A DNA stretch of 64,000 bases from NCBI GenBank assembly GCA_029261995.1, contig JAJDAF010000030.1, forward strand, positions 28,671 to 92,670, in the 5' to 3' direction. A model generated the notes under the pieces. The model was not told the DNA's origin, ran no database searches, and saw only the letters and a program-made list of their open reading frames with translations. Shown here piece by piece: positions 46,781 through 55,559 of the stretch. The translations under genes and the position numbers were made by a program. Each line of letters opens with the position of its first letter. Position 1 is the first letter of the stretch. This stretch comes from Candidatus Zhuqueibacterota bacterium (GTDB lineage Bacteria; Zhuqueibacterota; Zhuqueibacteria; Oceanimicrobiales; Oceanimicrobiaceae).

Positions 46781-46852
46781 GTCCTGCTTGGCCTGCGACA
46801 CTTCGTCCTGCAATACATGAACCCAAGTCGGCAAAAGAACTCAGCGCGGAGT

Positions 46853-46948
46853 TTCGCAAAGAAGAGTTTGGGAGTCAACAATATAAAGATTGCGCGATGA
46901 CTTTGAGCCGGTAGAAGGTAAGCCGCCTTTGTCTGCGTTCTTTGCGAA
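46853..46948. repeat. Intergenic inverted repeat (REP-like)
   Basis: TTCGCAAAGAA (46853-46863) and TTCTTTGCGAA (46938-46948), extendable imperfectly. Confidence 0.45.
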
Positions 46949-47062
46949 CTTGGCGTTTTGGGACTCTTACGCCCTACTGGATAAGAAACACGGGCACGCC
47001 ATGTTGTCCTGTCAAGTGTGCAAACCTTATGAAACTTCACCCCTGCAAAAGGCCTGCTTGCC

Positions 47063-47794
47063 ATGAAAATTTACGCCCACCGCGGCTCATCTCTTCTCTG
47101 GCCGGAAAACACCATGCTTGCGTTCGAGAATGCGCACGCAGCCGGAGCCGATGCATTCGAAACCGACCTTCGCCTGTCCGCGGACGGCGAGATCATTCTG
47201 TCGCATGATGACAATCTGCAGCGATTTGGGCTGGCGGAAACCACCGTCAGCGAACTTACAGCCGAACAGGTGGGCCGGGTAGAGATCCCCTCAATTGATG
47301 GTACTCATTCTGACAAGATGATTTCGCTGCGGACCCTGCTGCAGCGCTTTCCTGATAAGGACTACATCTTCGACTGCAAAATAACCAGCGAGCAGCTCAT
47401 CCTAAAACTCCGTGACCTTCTGCACGAGCTAGGCTTCAAGCGGCTGGTCTGGTTTCTGACCTGGAGTCCGCAGGCGGACCAGTACCTTGAATCGCACTTT
47501 CCAGGCTACGCCTATTTCCCACAGGAAAGCATTTCGCGCAGGTGGGCGATCGCCAGTATCTTGCGTATGGGCCGGCTGTTGCAACCCGACCGCGACATCC
47601 TGGGGCTACCAGCTTATTTCGGCGGCTTACCCGTCTTTGGGAAGTCGCAAGTGACGTCGATTCGAGAGGCAGGGAAGATGTTCCTGGGCTACATTGTCAA
47701 TTCACGCAAAGATTACGAGCGCTGCGTAGCGTGCGGGGTGGATGTCATCCTGACCGACAGGCCAGACTTGATCGCGGAATTCAAACGGGCGTAA
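47063..47794 (+). CDS. Glycerophosphodiester phosphodiesterase family protein
   Basis: YAHRG, PENTMLAF, ETDLRLSADG..ILSHD, GVDVILTDRP. Confidence 0.92.
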   Translation: MKIYAHRGSSLLWPENTMLAFENAHAAGADAFETDLRLSADGEIILSHDDNLQRFGLAETTVSELTAEQVGRVEIPSIDGTHSDKMISLRTLLQRFPDKDYIFDCKITSEQLILKLRDLLHELGFKRLVWFLTWSPQADQYLESHFPGYAYFPQESISRRWAIASILRMGRLLQPDRDILGLPAYFGGLPVFGKSQVTSIREAGKMFLGYIVNSRKDYERCVACGVDVILTDRPDLIAEFKRA

Positions 47795-47798
47795 CGCA

Positions 47799-47830
47799 TT
47801 TTTCCGGGGGCATCCCGGCCCCCGGAAAAA
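47799..47830. terminator. Perfect 12-bp hairpin between convergent genes
   Basis: TTTTTCCGGGGG-8nt-CCCCCGGAAAAA. The T-run precedes the stem, so this is not a canonical U-tail terminator. Confidence 0.55.
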
Positions 47831-47841
47831 CTGGCTGCTGG

Positions 47842-49110
47842 CTAATCCACCTCCGTCAGGTAACGTCCATGTACCCAACCCGTCCTTCCGTTGCGGAGGC
47901 GAATTTTTCTCCATACACCCTTGTTGCCCAACAGCTCAAAGCGTTGTCCGCGCTTGACCTGTGCAATTTTTCGATACCCGGTTCCCGGACCCGAGCGAAC
48001 GTTCAGAGTCCGAGCCGAAATGCTGACCATCTGACGGAGTTCCTGGCGCATACTGCGTTTCCGGGTGGTGCGCTTCGATGTGCCAAAGCGCGCGGGATGT
48101 TCATACCTCGGTCTCGATTTCGTCCCCAATGCAAACACAAGGGATACCCGATGCACGTCGGAGTTCAGAATCCGGTCTGAGGCATAACCGTAGTTTAGCT
48201 CAAGCGTGTGATTCGAAAGCGGCAAGGCAAACCCCAAACCGCCCGTCAACTGGTTGTCGCTGTAACCAATACGCAACGGCAGCACGGCGGCAGGCCGCAG
48301 TTCTGCCCCAAGATGAAATGCTGGCGCCAGTCCTGTGACTTTGCTAACATCCGCCGCAATCAGAACGCCGTCGTAGATTTCAACTGATGATCCCAGGCGT
48401 AGCGTCATTGGGACTCCTTCAGTGAAACCGCTCTGCCAACGGTAATCCGTGCCGATATCCTGCACCAGCGCTCCAAACGAGATGCGGTTTGACAGCCGCA
48501 ACATGAGCCCGGCATCAAAGCCAAGACCGGTGGCTGCATCCTGATCGAGGGTGTTGCGGACGATCTTGAGGTTACCGCCAAGCGAGAGATGGGAGCCCAA
48601 CGACTTGCTCAGGGAAACCAGGAACGCATTCTGCGAATTGCCAAAAAAGTATTCCGGCGTGGCGCTGTTTCCGCTCCGGCCTTCGATGCCGGAGATTCGC
48701 AAACCAACCCAACTGAGGCCAAGTGTCAGAACATTGTTGATTGGAACGGCGCCGCTGACAAAATTAAAAGTGCGGTCAAATGGCAGTTGGACGTTCATGA
48801 ATTCAAACTGAGACCTGCTGAGGTAGTCCAACCCGGCAGGATTCCAGTAGCCCGCCGAGGCATCGTCAGCCACGCCGGTGAAGGCGTTTCCCATTCCGAA
48901 GGCGCGCGAACCCACGCCCATGCGCAGGAAAACACCGGGCGCGCCGTTGCTTTCCTGGCTGACGGCGTCGAGGCGTGTCGCCTGCGCCATGGTCTGGCTG
49001 GCCAAAATCAGGGTCAAAAATAATACAGTGACGTGCAGTGACAACAAGGTTGTCCGTCTATGGGTGTGTGTCGGGAGTCGCATCTGTGTCATTCCTTTGA
49101 GGTCGGTCAT
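47842..49110 (-). CDS. PorV/PorQ (UPF0164)-like outer-membrane beta-barrel with C-terminal SH3b domain
   Basis: FLRMGVGSRAFGMGNAFTGVADDASAGYWNPAGL, GFDAG, HRVSL; then LNVRSGPGTGY...W.KI...GWVHGRY. Start may be 49083. Confidence 0.85.
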   Translation of the reverse strand: MTDLKGMTQMRLPTHTHRRTTLLSLHVTVLFLTLILASQTMAQATRLDAVSQESNGAPGVFLRMGVGSRAFGMGNAFTGVADDASAGYWNPAGLDYLSRSQFEFMNVQLPFDRTFNFVSGAVPINNVLTLGLSWVGLRISGIEGRSGNSATPEYFFGNSQNAFLVSLSKSLGSHLSLGGNLKIVRNTLDQDAATGLGFDAGLMLRLSNRISFGALVQDIGTDYRWQSGFTEGVPMTLRLGSSVEIYDGVLIAADVSKVTGLAPAFHLGAELRPAAVLPLRIGYSDNQLTGGLGFALPLSNHTLELNYGYASDRILNSDVHRVSLVFALGTKSRPRYEHPARFGTSKRTTRKRSMRQELRQMVSISARTLNVRSGPGTGYRKIAQVKRGQRFELLGNKGVWRKIRLRNGRTGWVHGRYLTEVD

Positions 49111-49802
49111 CGTGTCAAGGCGATCTTGATCATCTTCTGCTCGTTGTTCACTCGAATACTGCAGTAGTACACGCCGTTGGCTACGAAATCTCCATGCCGG
49201 TTGCGTCCGTCCCAGCGGTCTTCCGTGTGTTCTCCTGCACGTTTAAGCGCATTTTTTGCAAGGGTCTTAACCAGGTTGGTGCTTGCATCGAGAATCTGTA
49301 TGGTGACTTCTCCGGCGGCATCCAGTTCGTACCGGATGGCAGTCACCTCCTGGTTGATCCGAAATGGATTCGGAAAATTGTAAGCCAACCGGCCAAGGGT
49401 GGCTTCAGATCCGGTTTCTGGCTCTTGGTCATCTCCGCCATCATCGGCGGGCGTGACGATGCTGACCTCATTGGAAAAACCGCTCTCATTGCCAGCATGG
49501 TCCAAGGCCGAAACCACAAAGTAGTAGCGTTTGCCCGCTTCCAAGCCGTCTATCCTGTGAGACGTCGTGTTGCCGACATACTCATCGCTTTGATATTTGC
49601 GGGCCTTGTCGCCATAATAAACGCGATATCCAGCCAGGTCAGACTCCTGGTTTGGGTCCCAACTGAGGGTGGCCGACTTGGTGCCGCCGACCGCAAAAGA
49701 AGCGCTAGCAAGCACTCCAAGAAGCAGAAGAAGGCAACTGAGTTTGCGATTGCTGCCCTCCCCTGGGCCGGGATTTCTCGATGAACTGAAAATCGAAATC
49801 AT
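49107..49802 (-). CDS. Secreted fibronectin type III plus FlgD-Ig (T9SS-CTD-like) protein
   Basis: ATLSWDPNQESDLAGYRVYYG...YYFVVSALD.AGNESGFSNEV; YNFPNPF...WDGRN..G..VANGVYY. Confidence 0.85.
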   Translation of the reverse strand: MISIFSSSRNPGPGEGSNRKLSCLLLLLGVLASASFAVGGTKSATLSWDPNQESDLAGYRVYYGDKARKYQSDEYVGNTTSHRIDGLEAGKRYYFVVSALDHAGNESGFSNEVSIVTPADDGGDDQEPETGSEATLGRLAYNFPNPFRINQEVTAIRYELDAAGEVTIQILDASTNLVKTLAKNALKRAGEHTEDRWDGRNRHGDFVANGVYYCSIRVNNEQKMIKIALTR

Positions 49803-49828
49803 TGGTGAAACCTCCTGGTGTTAAGCAT

Positions 49829-50185
49829 CTAAACCATCTTCTCAATCGCCGCAAGCATCTCTTTTGGCAAGCCAGCCTTGTCTAGAATCTGGCATTTTTG
49901 GCCGGTCTTGATCCTGGAGTCAAGCTGTTGCCGACTCATTCCCGTCAAGTAAATCACATTCACGTCCCGGCGTTTCAGACATTCTGTGGCCAGCGCAAAC
50001 CCTGTGCAGTCCGGCAGTTTGTAGTCCGTCAGCAGGAGTTGGAATGAAGAGTTTGCGAAAAGTTTCAGCGCCTCCTTTCCGGTAAACGCCACCTGGACTT
50101 CAAAATCGTGAAGCTCGAGGTACTCCTTCAATTGCAGCGCCTTGTCTTGTTTGTCTTCAACCACGAGAATTCTGCGTCGGCTCAT
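49829..50185 (-). CDS. Single-domain response regulator
   Basis: ILVVED, LLTDYKLPDCTG, YLTG, ILDK receiver motifs. Start at MSRRR. Confidence 0.85.
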   Translation of the reverse strand: MSRRRILVVEDKQDKALQLKEYLELHDFEVQVAFTGKEALKLFANSSFQLLLTDYKLPDCTGFALATECLKRRDVNVIYLTGMSRQQLDSRIKTGQKCQILDKAGLPKEMLAAIEKMV

Positions 50186-50278
50186 CGTCTTTCCTGTAAA
50201 AAAGTAAAGGGGAGGTGAAGGGGTCATCTCAGGGCCCATCTAGATGGCTTCACGTCCCCTTGATACTGTATCGTGCGC

Positions 50279-51109
50279 TCAGGCGAGCTCACGTTCCCTG
50301 GTGGCTCCATTGCGCACCTGGTCGTCATCCGCAGGGGCGTCATCTTCGTCATTCTCAGAAGAATCAGCGTCCAGAAAAAGTGCAGGACCAATGGAGCCTT
50401 GCTCATCCTGCTCCTCTGTATCACCATAAACGGTGATTTCCTCTCGCTTCTGTCTGCGCAGGTAAACAACAACGCCAATGACCAGAATTGCGATTAGTAG
50501 TGCGACACCACCGAGGAAGGCCGCGTTGAGCGTGGAGTTCTCCTGCATCAAATCATCATCGAACGCTGTAACGGAAAGTGGCAGTTCGGCGTCATCGCCA
50601 GTCACCTGCTCAGAGAGCTTGTCATCAGACGATACCGCCGGTTCAACGGCAGGACCAGAGGCGTCAAGCACAGGCGCCGGCGCCTCAAAACTCTCGATGA
50701 CATCAGCCTTGATGTCTTCGGCTATTTCGCTCTCGAGCCGGGCACGTTCCGGAGCACGCTCCCGGGTCCTTCCGGCTAGGATGGTCTGTTGTTCATGTAT
50801 GAGCAAATTGACCTTGGACAGCCGCTGCGTTTTCCTTATTTCTCGCAGAACGTCGAAGCTTGGAATGATGATTTCTTCACCCGGAAAAATATGATCGCCG
50901 TCCGGCGCCCGGTTGATGAGTTCAAGCTCGCGCCAGTACGACACGTCGCCGTAGTAGCGCAGAGCGATTCTGCTGAGCCACTCCCCGTCCTGAATTTCGT
51001 GAAACGTCGGTTCTTCCTGCAAGAGGTAACGGCTGAGCAACTGCTGCGCAGGCCCCATCCAGCAGACGAACAAAATCAAGAGTAGTGTTGCAAGCACATA
51101 TTTTCTCAT
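50279..51109 (-). CDS. LysM-domain protein with acidic linker and C-terminal TM
   Basis: HEIQDGEWLSRIALRYYGDVSYWREL...IFPGEEIIIP; TM AAFLGGVALLIAILVIGVVVYL followed by RRQKR. Confidence 0.82.
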   Translation of the reverse strand: MRKYVLATLLLILFVCWMGPAQQLLSRYLLQEEPTFHEIQDGEWLSRIALRYYGDVSYWRELELINRAPDGDHIFPGEEIIIPSFDVLREIRKTQRLSKVNLLIHEQQTILAGRTRERAPERARLESEIAEDIKADVIESFEAPAPVLDASGPAVEPAVSSDDKLSEQVTGDDAELPLSVTAFDDDLMQENSTLNAAFLGGVALLIAILVIGVVVYLRRQKREEITVYGDTEEQDEQGSIGPALFLDADSSENDEDDAPADDDQVRNGATRERELA

Positions 51110-51216
51110 CGCAACGAATCCTCCGTTAGTTGGTTTTATTGAGTTGTAGAAGGCCGAGCCCTTCCAGGCAGGAAGTCTGGGCGTTCCTTTTGAATTCTAA
51201 AATGAGCCAATGTGAA

Positions 51217-51750
51217 TCAGTCCCGGGCTGCAAACAGAGCCAGCTCAAGCCTAGATTCATTCAGTTTTCTCCAAGTGTGCAAGTCGGACGGATCGATTAT
51301 CTGCAGGCGCCGCGTTCCGTTTTGAATCTCGGCAACCATGAAGATCTCGCGCCCTGCTATCACAACCTGCACTCCGCGCAACCGGACCACATCGCCCGGC
51401 TGCAAGCGAAAGGAACCGGAATCAACAGTCCATTGCGGTCCGAGATAGGCCGCCATCACACCGTCATTTGTTTCAATCAGGAGTTGCAGCGCTCGGGAAA
51501 GCCCTTCCTTCAAAGCAACCGGTTCCACGACAAAGACTTCGCCAGTGACCGTTTCCAGTCCCGGATAACGCTGCAAGTCACTCCAATGAACCAAATCCAA
51601 AGTCGGTGTAGAGTCGGCATCGAATCTGGCCAGTTCGCCCAAACCGCGGGCGTGGTCATGCGCACCAATCACACTCCTGCCAAGCCACCCGTTGGCGACA
51701 AGCAATCCACCTAACAAAAGAACCAGTCCCGTGATTCGCAGGCCGTTCAT
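51217..51750 (-). CDS. Exported hypothetical protein (OB-fold-like, reminiscent of the MamS/MamX domain)
   Basis: Signal/TM segment then ETVTGEV...AYLGPQW...LQPGDVVRLRG. GGAGG RBS before ATG 51750. Confidence 0.6.
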   Translation of the reverse strand: MNGLRITGLVLLLGGLLVANGWLGRSVIGAHDHARGLGELARFDADSTPTLDLVHWSDLQRYPGLETVTGEVFVVEPVALKEGLSRALQLLIETNDGVMAAYLGPQWTVDSGSFRLQPGDVVRLRGVQVVIAGREIFMVAEIQNGTRRLQIIDPSDLHTWRKLNESRLELALFAARD

Positions 51751-51795
51751 ATCTTCCTCCAGTAAATGCGTGGTCGTAAAATCGCATCGGTTCAG

Positions 51796-51810
51796 GCAAA
51801 GGCGATGCCA
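51796..51810 (-). promoter_or_regulatory. Sigma-54 (-24/-12) promoter
   Basis: Minus strand TGGCAT-CGCCT-TTGC matches TGGCAC-N5-TTGC with correct spacing, 45 bp upstream of ATG 51750. Confidence 0.75.
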
Positions 51811-51928
51811 AACCACACCATTCAGGTAAGCGGCTTTCCACGACGATAAAAAACAATATATTATGATGAAATCAGGAGAATGGGAATTCTCAGAATGTGG
51901 CAGGCTACGTGTAAGATTTACATTCGGG

Positions 51929-53323
51929 TTACGACCCTGGCGGGATCTCTTCGCGAGACTCATCCTCGAAGTACTTGTTCAGCTTGTTGTGCATGGTTTT
52001 CAAACTGATGCCCAGTATCTGTGCCGCTTTGGTTTTGTTATTCTTGGTCATCTCGAGCGTTCGAAAGATGACCTCTCGTTCAATCTCATGCAGAGGGCGG
52101 CCAAGCTCAATCTTGTTGCCATCGTCACCTTTCTTCTCTGAAAAGAACATGTGTCGTGGCAGGTGGCGAATCTCGATGGTATCTTCACGGCAAAGAATGA
52201 CGGCGCGCTCCACCATGTTCTTAAGCTCGCGGACGTTGCCCGGCCAACGATAATTGCGCATCAACTCAAGGCATTCATCTGAAAACCCGGTAACTTGCTT
52301 GCCGTTTTTCTCATTGAACGTTTTTAGGAACTGTTTGGTGATCAGCGCGAGGTCACTGAGACGCTGGCGTAGCGGCGGCAATTGAATATCCATGACGCTC
52401 AGTCTGAAATAGAGATCTTCACGAAGCGTGCCATCAGCCATCGCTTCCTGGATGTCACAGTTGGTCGCAGCAACCACTCGCACATCGACCGCGACTTCTT
52501 TCGTGCCGCCAAGCCGGCGGAAGCGTTTCTCTTCGAGCACCCGCAGCAATTTCGACTGGGTGTCTGCCGGCATCTCTCCCACCTCGTCGAGAAAGAGGGT
52601 GCCATTGTTTGCCATCTCAAAACAGCCGGGTTTCTCTTTCACAGCGCCGGTAAATGCACCTCTCTCGTGGCCGAACAATTCATTTTCCAGAATGTCCCGA
52701 GGAAACGCCGAGCAATTTATGGCGATAAACGGCCCCTTTGCACGGCCACTTTTGCTATGGATGGCGCGAGCCACCAATTCCTTGCCGGTGCCACTCTCGC
52801 CCGTAATCATAACGCTTGCTGTTGTATCCGCCACCGCCTCGATGACATCGTAGACATCAAGCATCGCCTCATCGCGGCCAATAATCTCTTCGTACTGCGA
52901 CATCGTTTTCAGACGATTTTCCAACTCGAGATTCTTGACCACGAGTGCCTGGCGTTCAAGTGCTTTCCGAACCAGCGCCTTCAACCTGCGCGGCACGATC
53001 GGTTTCTCGAGATAGTCGTATGCGCCCTTTTGCATCGCTTCCACGGCTGATGCCACGGACCCCTCGCCGGTGATGATCACGATTTCGGCGAGCAAGCCTT
53101 CTTTTTTTGCGCCTTCAAGAACCTCCATGCCGCTCATGGTTGGCATCTTGAAATCCACCAGAAGCAGATGAAAGGTGCCTTCCCGAAGTTTCGCAAGCGC
53201 CTCCGGACCATCGTTAGCGATGGCGGTATTGTATCCTTCTTCCACGAGCAGATCAGAAAGGACTTCAGTCACATGTTTGTCGTCGTCGGCTATCAGAATG
53301 CTGTACTTTGGTGCAGTCGTCAT
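51929..53323 (-). CDS. NtrC/AtoC-family sigma-54 response regulator
   Basis: Receiver domain, GESGTGKE, ELFGHERGAFTGA, LFLDEVGE, WPGNVREL and Fis-type HTH. Confidence 0.96.
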   Translation of the reverse strand: MTTAPKYSILIADDDKHVTEVLSDLLVEEGYNTAIANDGPEALAKLREGTFHLLLVDFKMPTMSGMEVLEGAKKEGLLAEIVIITGEGSVASAVEAMQKGAYDYLEKPIVPRRLKALVRKALERQALVVKNLELENRLKTMSQYEEIIGRDEAMLDVYDVIEAVADTTASVMITGESGTGKELVARAIHSKSGRAKGPFIAINCSAFPRDILENELFGHERGAFTGAVKEKPGCFEMANNGTLFLDEVGEMPADTQSKLLRVLEEKRFRRLGGTKEVAVDVRVVAATNCDIQEAMADGTLREDLYFRLSVMDIQLPPLRQRLSDLALITKQFLKTFNEKNGKQVTGFSDECLELMRNYRWPGNVRELKNMVERAVILCREDTIEIRHLPRHMFFSEKKGDDGNKIELGRPLHEIEREVIFRTLEMTKNNKTKAAQILGISLKTMHNKLNKYFEDESREEIPPGS

Positions 53324-53332
53324 AAGTCAGTC

Positions 53333-54772
53333 CTATAGTGCATTAACCATGATGGTGGCGGTCGTTCCCCTGCCTACTTTGCTCTCCAGTTGCAGGTTGC
53401 CGCCATTCGCTTCAACTATTCTCTTGGTGACCGGCAGGCCAATGCCGCTGCCATGCTTCTTGGTCGTAAAGTAAAGTTCAAAGATTTGCTGCAGCTCTTC
53501 TTTCGAGATTCCCGTGCCTTCGTCTTTGACGGAAACCAGAATTTTATCTCGCTTAAGCCAGGTTCGAACCATGATCTTACCGCCATCGCTGCTGGCGTGG
53601 ATGGCGTTGATAATCAGATTGTGCAGCGCCCGCTGCATCTGCTCCCGGTCAAGCATGACATCCTTCAGTCCTTTTTCGAGCCGGGTTTCAAGCTTGATCC
53701 CAGCCTTGCCGGCCTCGGCCCCGGCTGCCTGGCAAACGTTCGTGACCAGGCCGTTCAGTTCGAAACGCTCCTTCTGGGGAACCCCAGGCCGCACATAGTG
53801 CAGAAAACCCTGTATGATTTCGCGCAGCCTTCCGATCTCACGCTCAATGGCGTCGGCGTGCTTCAGAGTTTCAGCCTTGCCGCGGCCTTTTTCAATTTTG
53901 GTGCGCAAAACGTCAATGCTTATCGCCATGGCATGCAGCGGATTCTTAACTTCATGCGCCATGACATCCATAAACCGGGTTGTGGTTTTTATTTCGGAAA
54001 CAAGATTGTTCTTTTTCTGAACCGCTGATCTCTGCACCGAGTCCAGTTGCTCCAGCCGCTGAAGCGCCTTGTTGACCTTGTCAAACACGGGCTTGAACTC
54101 ACCATTCTTGCGTGCCTTGATTCGAAATGCGTATTTTCGCTTGTCGATGACATCCATAGCCTTCTCGACTTTGGTCAGCGGCGATTGGATGACTTTGGTC
54201 GTCATTAAAGAAATAAGAACCACCACCAGAATTCCTACCATGCTGATCACAAATGTGCGTAAAGTAAAACTTCGGCGGGTTTCCTCGACGAGCGGGATGG
54301 GACGAATGCCGAGCACAGCGACGGTCCGCCCTGTTTGCGGCGGCCGCCAGTAGACCTCACGGTAACCCGAACCGTCAGAGGCCAGGAGTGCGAATTCACC
54401 GGGATCGGGCCGATTCGTGAATACAGCAAGAGCGTGCCTTGGGCGAACAGAAAGTGGATTCAGGCTGAAAACCACATCGCTGTCACCCGTGACAATGAAG
54501 AAATCCGCAGCCTCAGGAAACGGTATCAGGGAAGTCCGCAAAGATTCGCGCAATTCGAGCTGCAACTCGTCTGACATATGCTGCCAGTTCTCAGGCCTTT
54601 CCGTATGTGTATCGAGTGTATGGCGAACGCGCTCCGACAGTAGGAGAGCGCGTGAGTCCGCAAGCTGTTGTTCTATGACGGCAGTCCCCTTCAAGAAGTG
54701 GTAGCTGGAAATCCCGAAGGTGCAAATCAGCAAAATCGCAAGCAGAAGTAGTTGTTTGTGGAACGTTTTCAT
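53333..54772 (-). CDS. Membrane sensor histidine kinase
   Basis: 2 TM, HAMP-like region, MAHEVKNPL H-box, NLIINA, DEGTGI, FTTK, GSGIGL. Start at MKTFHK. Confidence 0.93.
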   Translation of the reverse strand: MKTFHKQLLLLAILLICTFGISSYHFLKGTAVIEQQLADSRALLLSERVRHTLDTHTERPENWQHMSDELQLELRESLRTSLIPFPEAADFFIVTGDSDVVFSLNPLSVRPRHALAVFTNRPDPGEFALLASDGSGYREVYWRPPQTGRTVAVLGIRPIPLVEETRRSFTLRTFVISMVGILVVVLISLMTTKVIQSPLTKVEKAMDVIDKRKYAFRIKARKNGEFKPVFDKVNKALQRLEQLDSVQRSAVQKKNNLVSEIKTTTRFMDVMAHEVKNPLHAMAISIDVLRTKIEKGRGKAETLKHADAIEREIGRLREIIQGFLHYVRPGVPQKERFELNGLVTNVCQAAGAEAGKAGIKLETRLEKGLKDVMLDREQMQRALHNLIINAIHASSDGGKIMVRTWLKRDKILVSVKDEGTGISKEELQQIFELYFTTKKHGSGIGLPVTKRIVEANGGNLQLESKVGRGTTATIMVNAL

Positions 54773-54834
54773 CGTCTTGTTTGGTGTTGAGAAAAATGGC
54801 TGTGGCGTGTGCCAGGGCATGATTCAGACCCCAA

Positions 54835-54915
54835 AAAGTACATAGCCCCGGGTTAAATGTCAAGAAGAAACCATCGCAGTTTTGACTTGACTTCGTGGCT
54901 GCCCGGCGCTACATT
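54835..54915. promoter_or_regulatory. Divergent sigma-70 promoter pair
   Basis: Minus strand TTGACA-17-TACTTT (54863-54835); plus strand TTGACT-17-TACATT (54887-54915). Confidence 0.6.
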
Positions 54916-54951
54916 TGATTACATTCCTGAGAAAGCAGCGAGGCATTGCCC

Positions 54952-55515
54952 ATGGCATTCCGAATTACGAAAGTATATACAAAACAGGGAGATGGCGGAG
55001 AAACCCGCCTCGGTGGCGGACAGTTGGTACGCAAGGATTCAACCCGCGTGCGGGCGTACGGCGCCATTGATGAACTCAATGCAGTGCTCGGACTGGCTGT
55101 GGCCTTTGACCCGGCGCCGGAAGTCTCCCGGATTGTGTCGCAGGTTCAGAACGAATTGTTCACGGTCGGCGGTCAACTCTGCGTGTTGGTCGAGGACCAA
55201 CAAAAGTGGCAGATGCCTGTCATTGGGCCGGCCAACGTTGAAAAGCTGGAAACGCACATTGACAGCCTGAACTCAGAACTGGCGCCGCTTGAGGACTTCA
55301 TTCTGCCAAATGGCGCCAGGGCGGCGGTCTTCCTGCACCAGGCCCGCTGTGTTTGCCGGCGCGCCGAAACCCTGATTGTGGCACTCTCGGCCACCGAAAA
55401 AATCGGTGACCACCTTCTGGAGTACGTCAATCGCCTCTCCGACTTGCTGTTTGTTTTGGCGCGCTACGAGAACTTCAAGCGCGGCGTCACGGATATCTGC
55501 TGGAACAAAAGCTAG
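54952..55515 (+). CDS. pduO: PduO-type ATP:cob(I)alamin adenosyltransferase
   Basis: KVYTKQGDGGET, AYGAIDELN, QNELF, FILP, ARCVCRRAE, YVNRLSDLLFVLAR. Confidence 0.92.
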   Translation: MAFRITKVYTKQGDGGETRLGGGQLVRKDSTRVRAYGAIDELNAVLGLAVAFDPAPEVSRIVSQVQNELFTVGGQLCVLVEDQQKWQMPVIGPANVEKLETHIDSLNSELAPLEDFILPNGARAAVFLHQARCVCRRAETLIVALSATEKIGDHLLEYVNRLSDLLFVLARYENFKRGVTDICWNKS

Positions 55516-55559
55516 CTGTTACCTTCCTTCTAACAAGTCCTGAACACGCCCAAGGAAAA

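Noticed and set aside
51217-51750. Magnetosome gene
   Set aside because: Only a loose domain resemblance, with no other mam genes or magnetochrome motifs.
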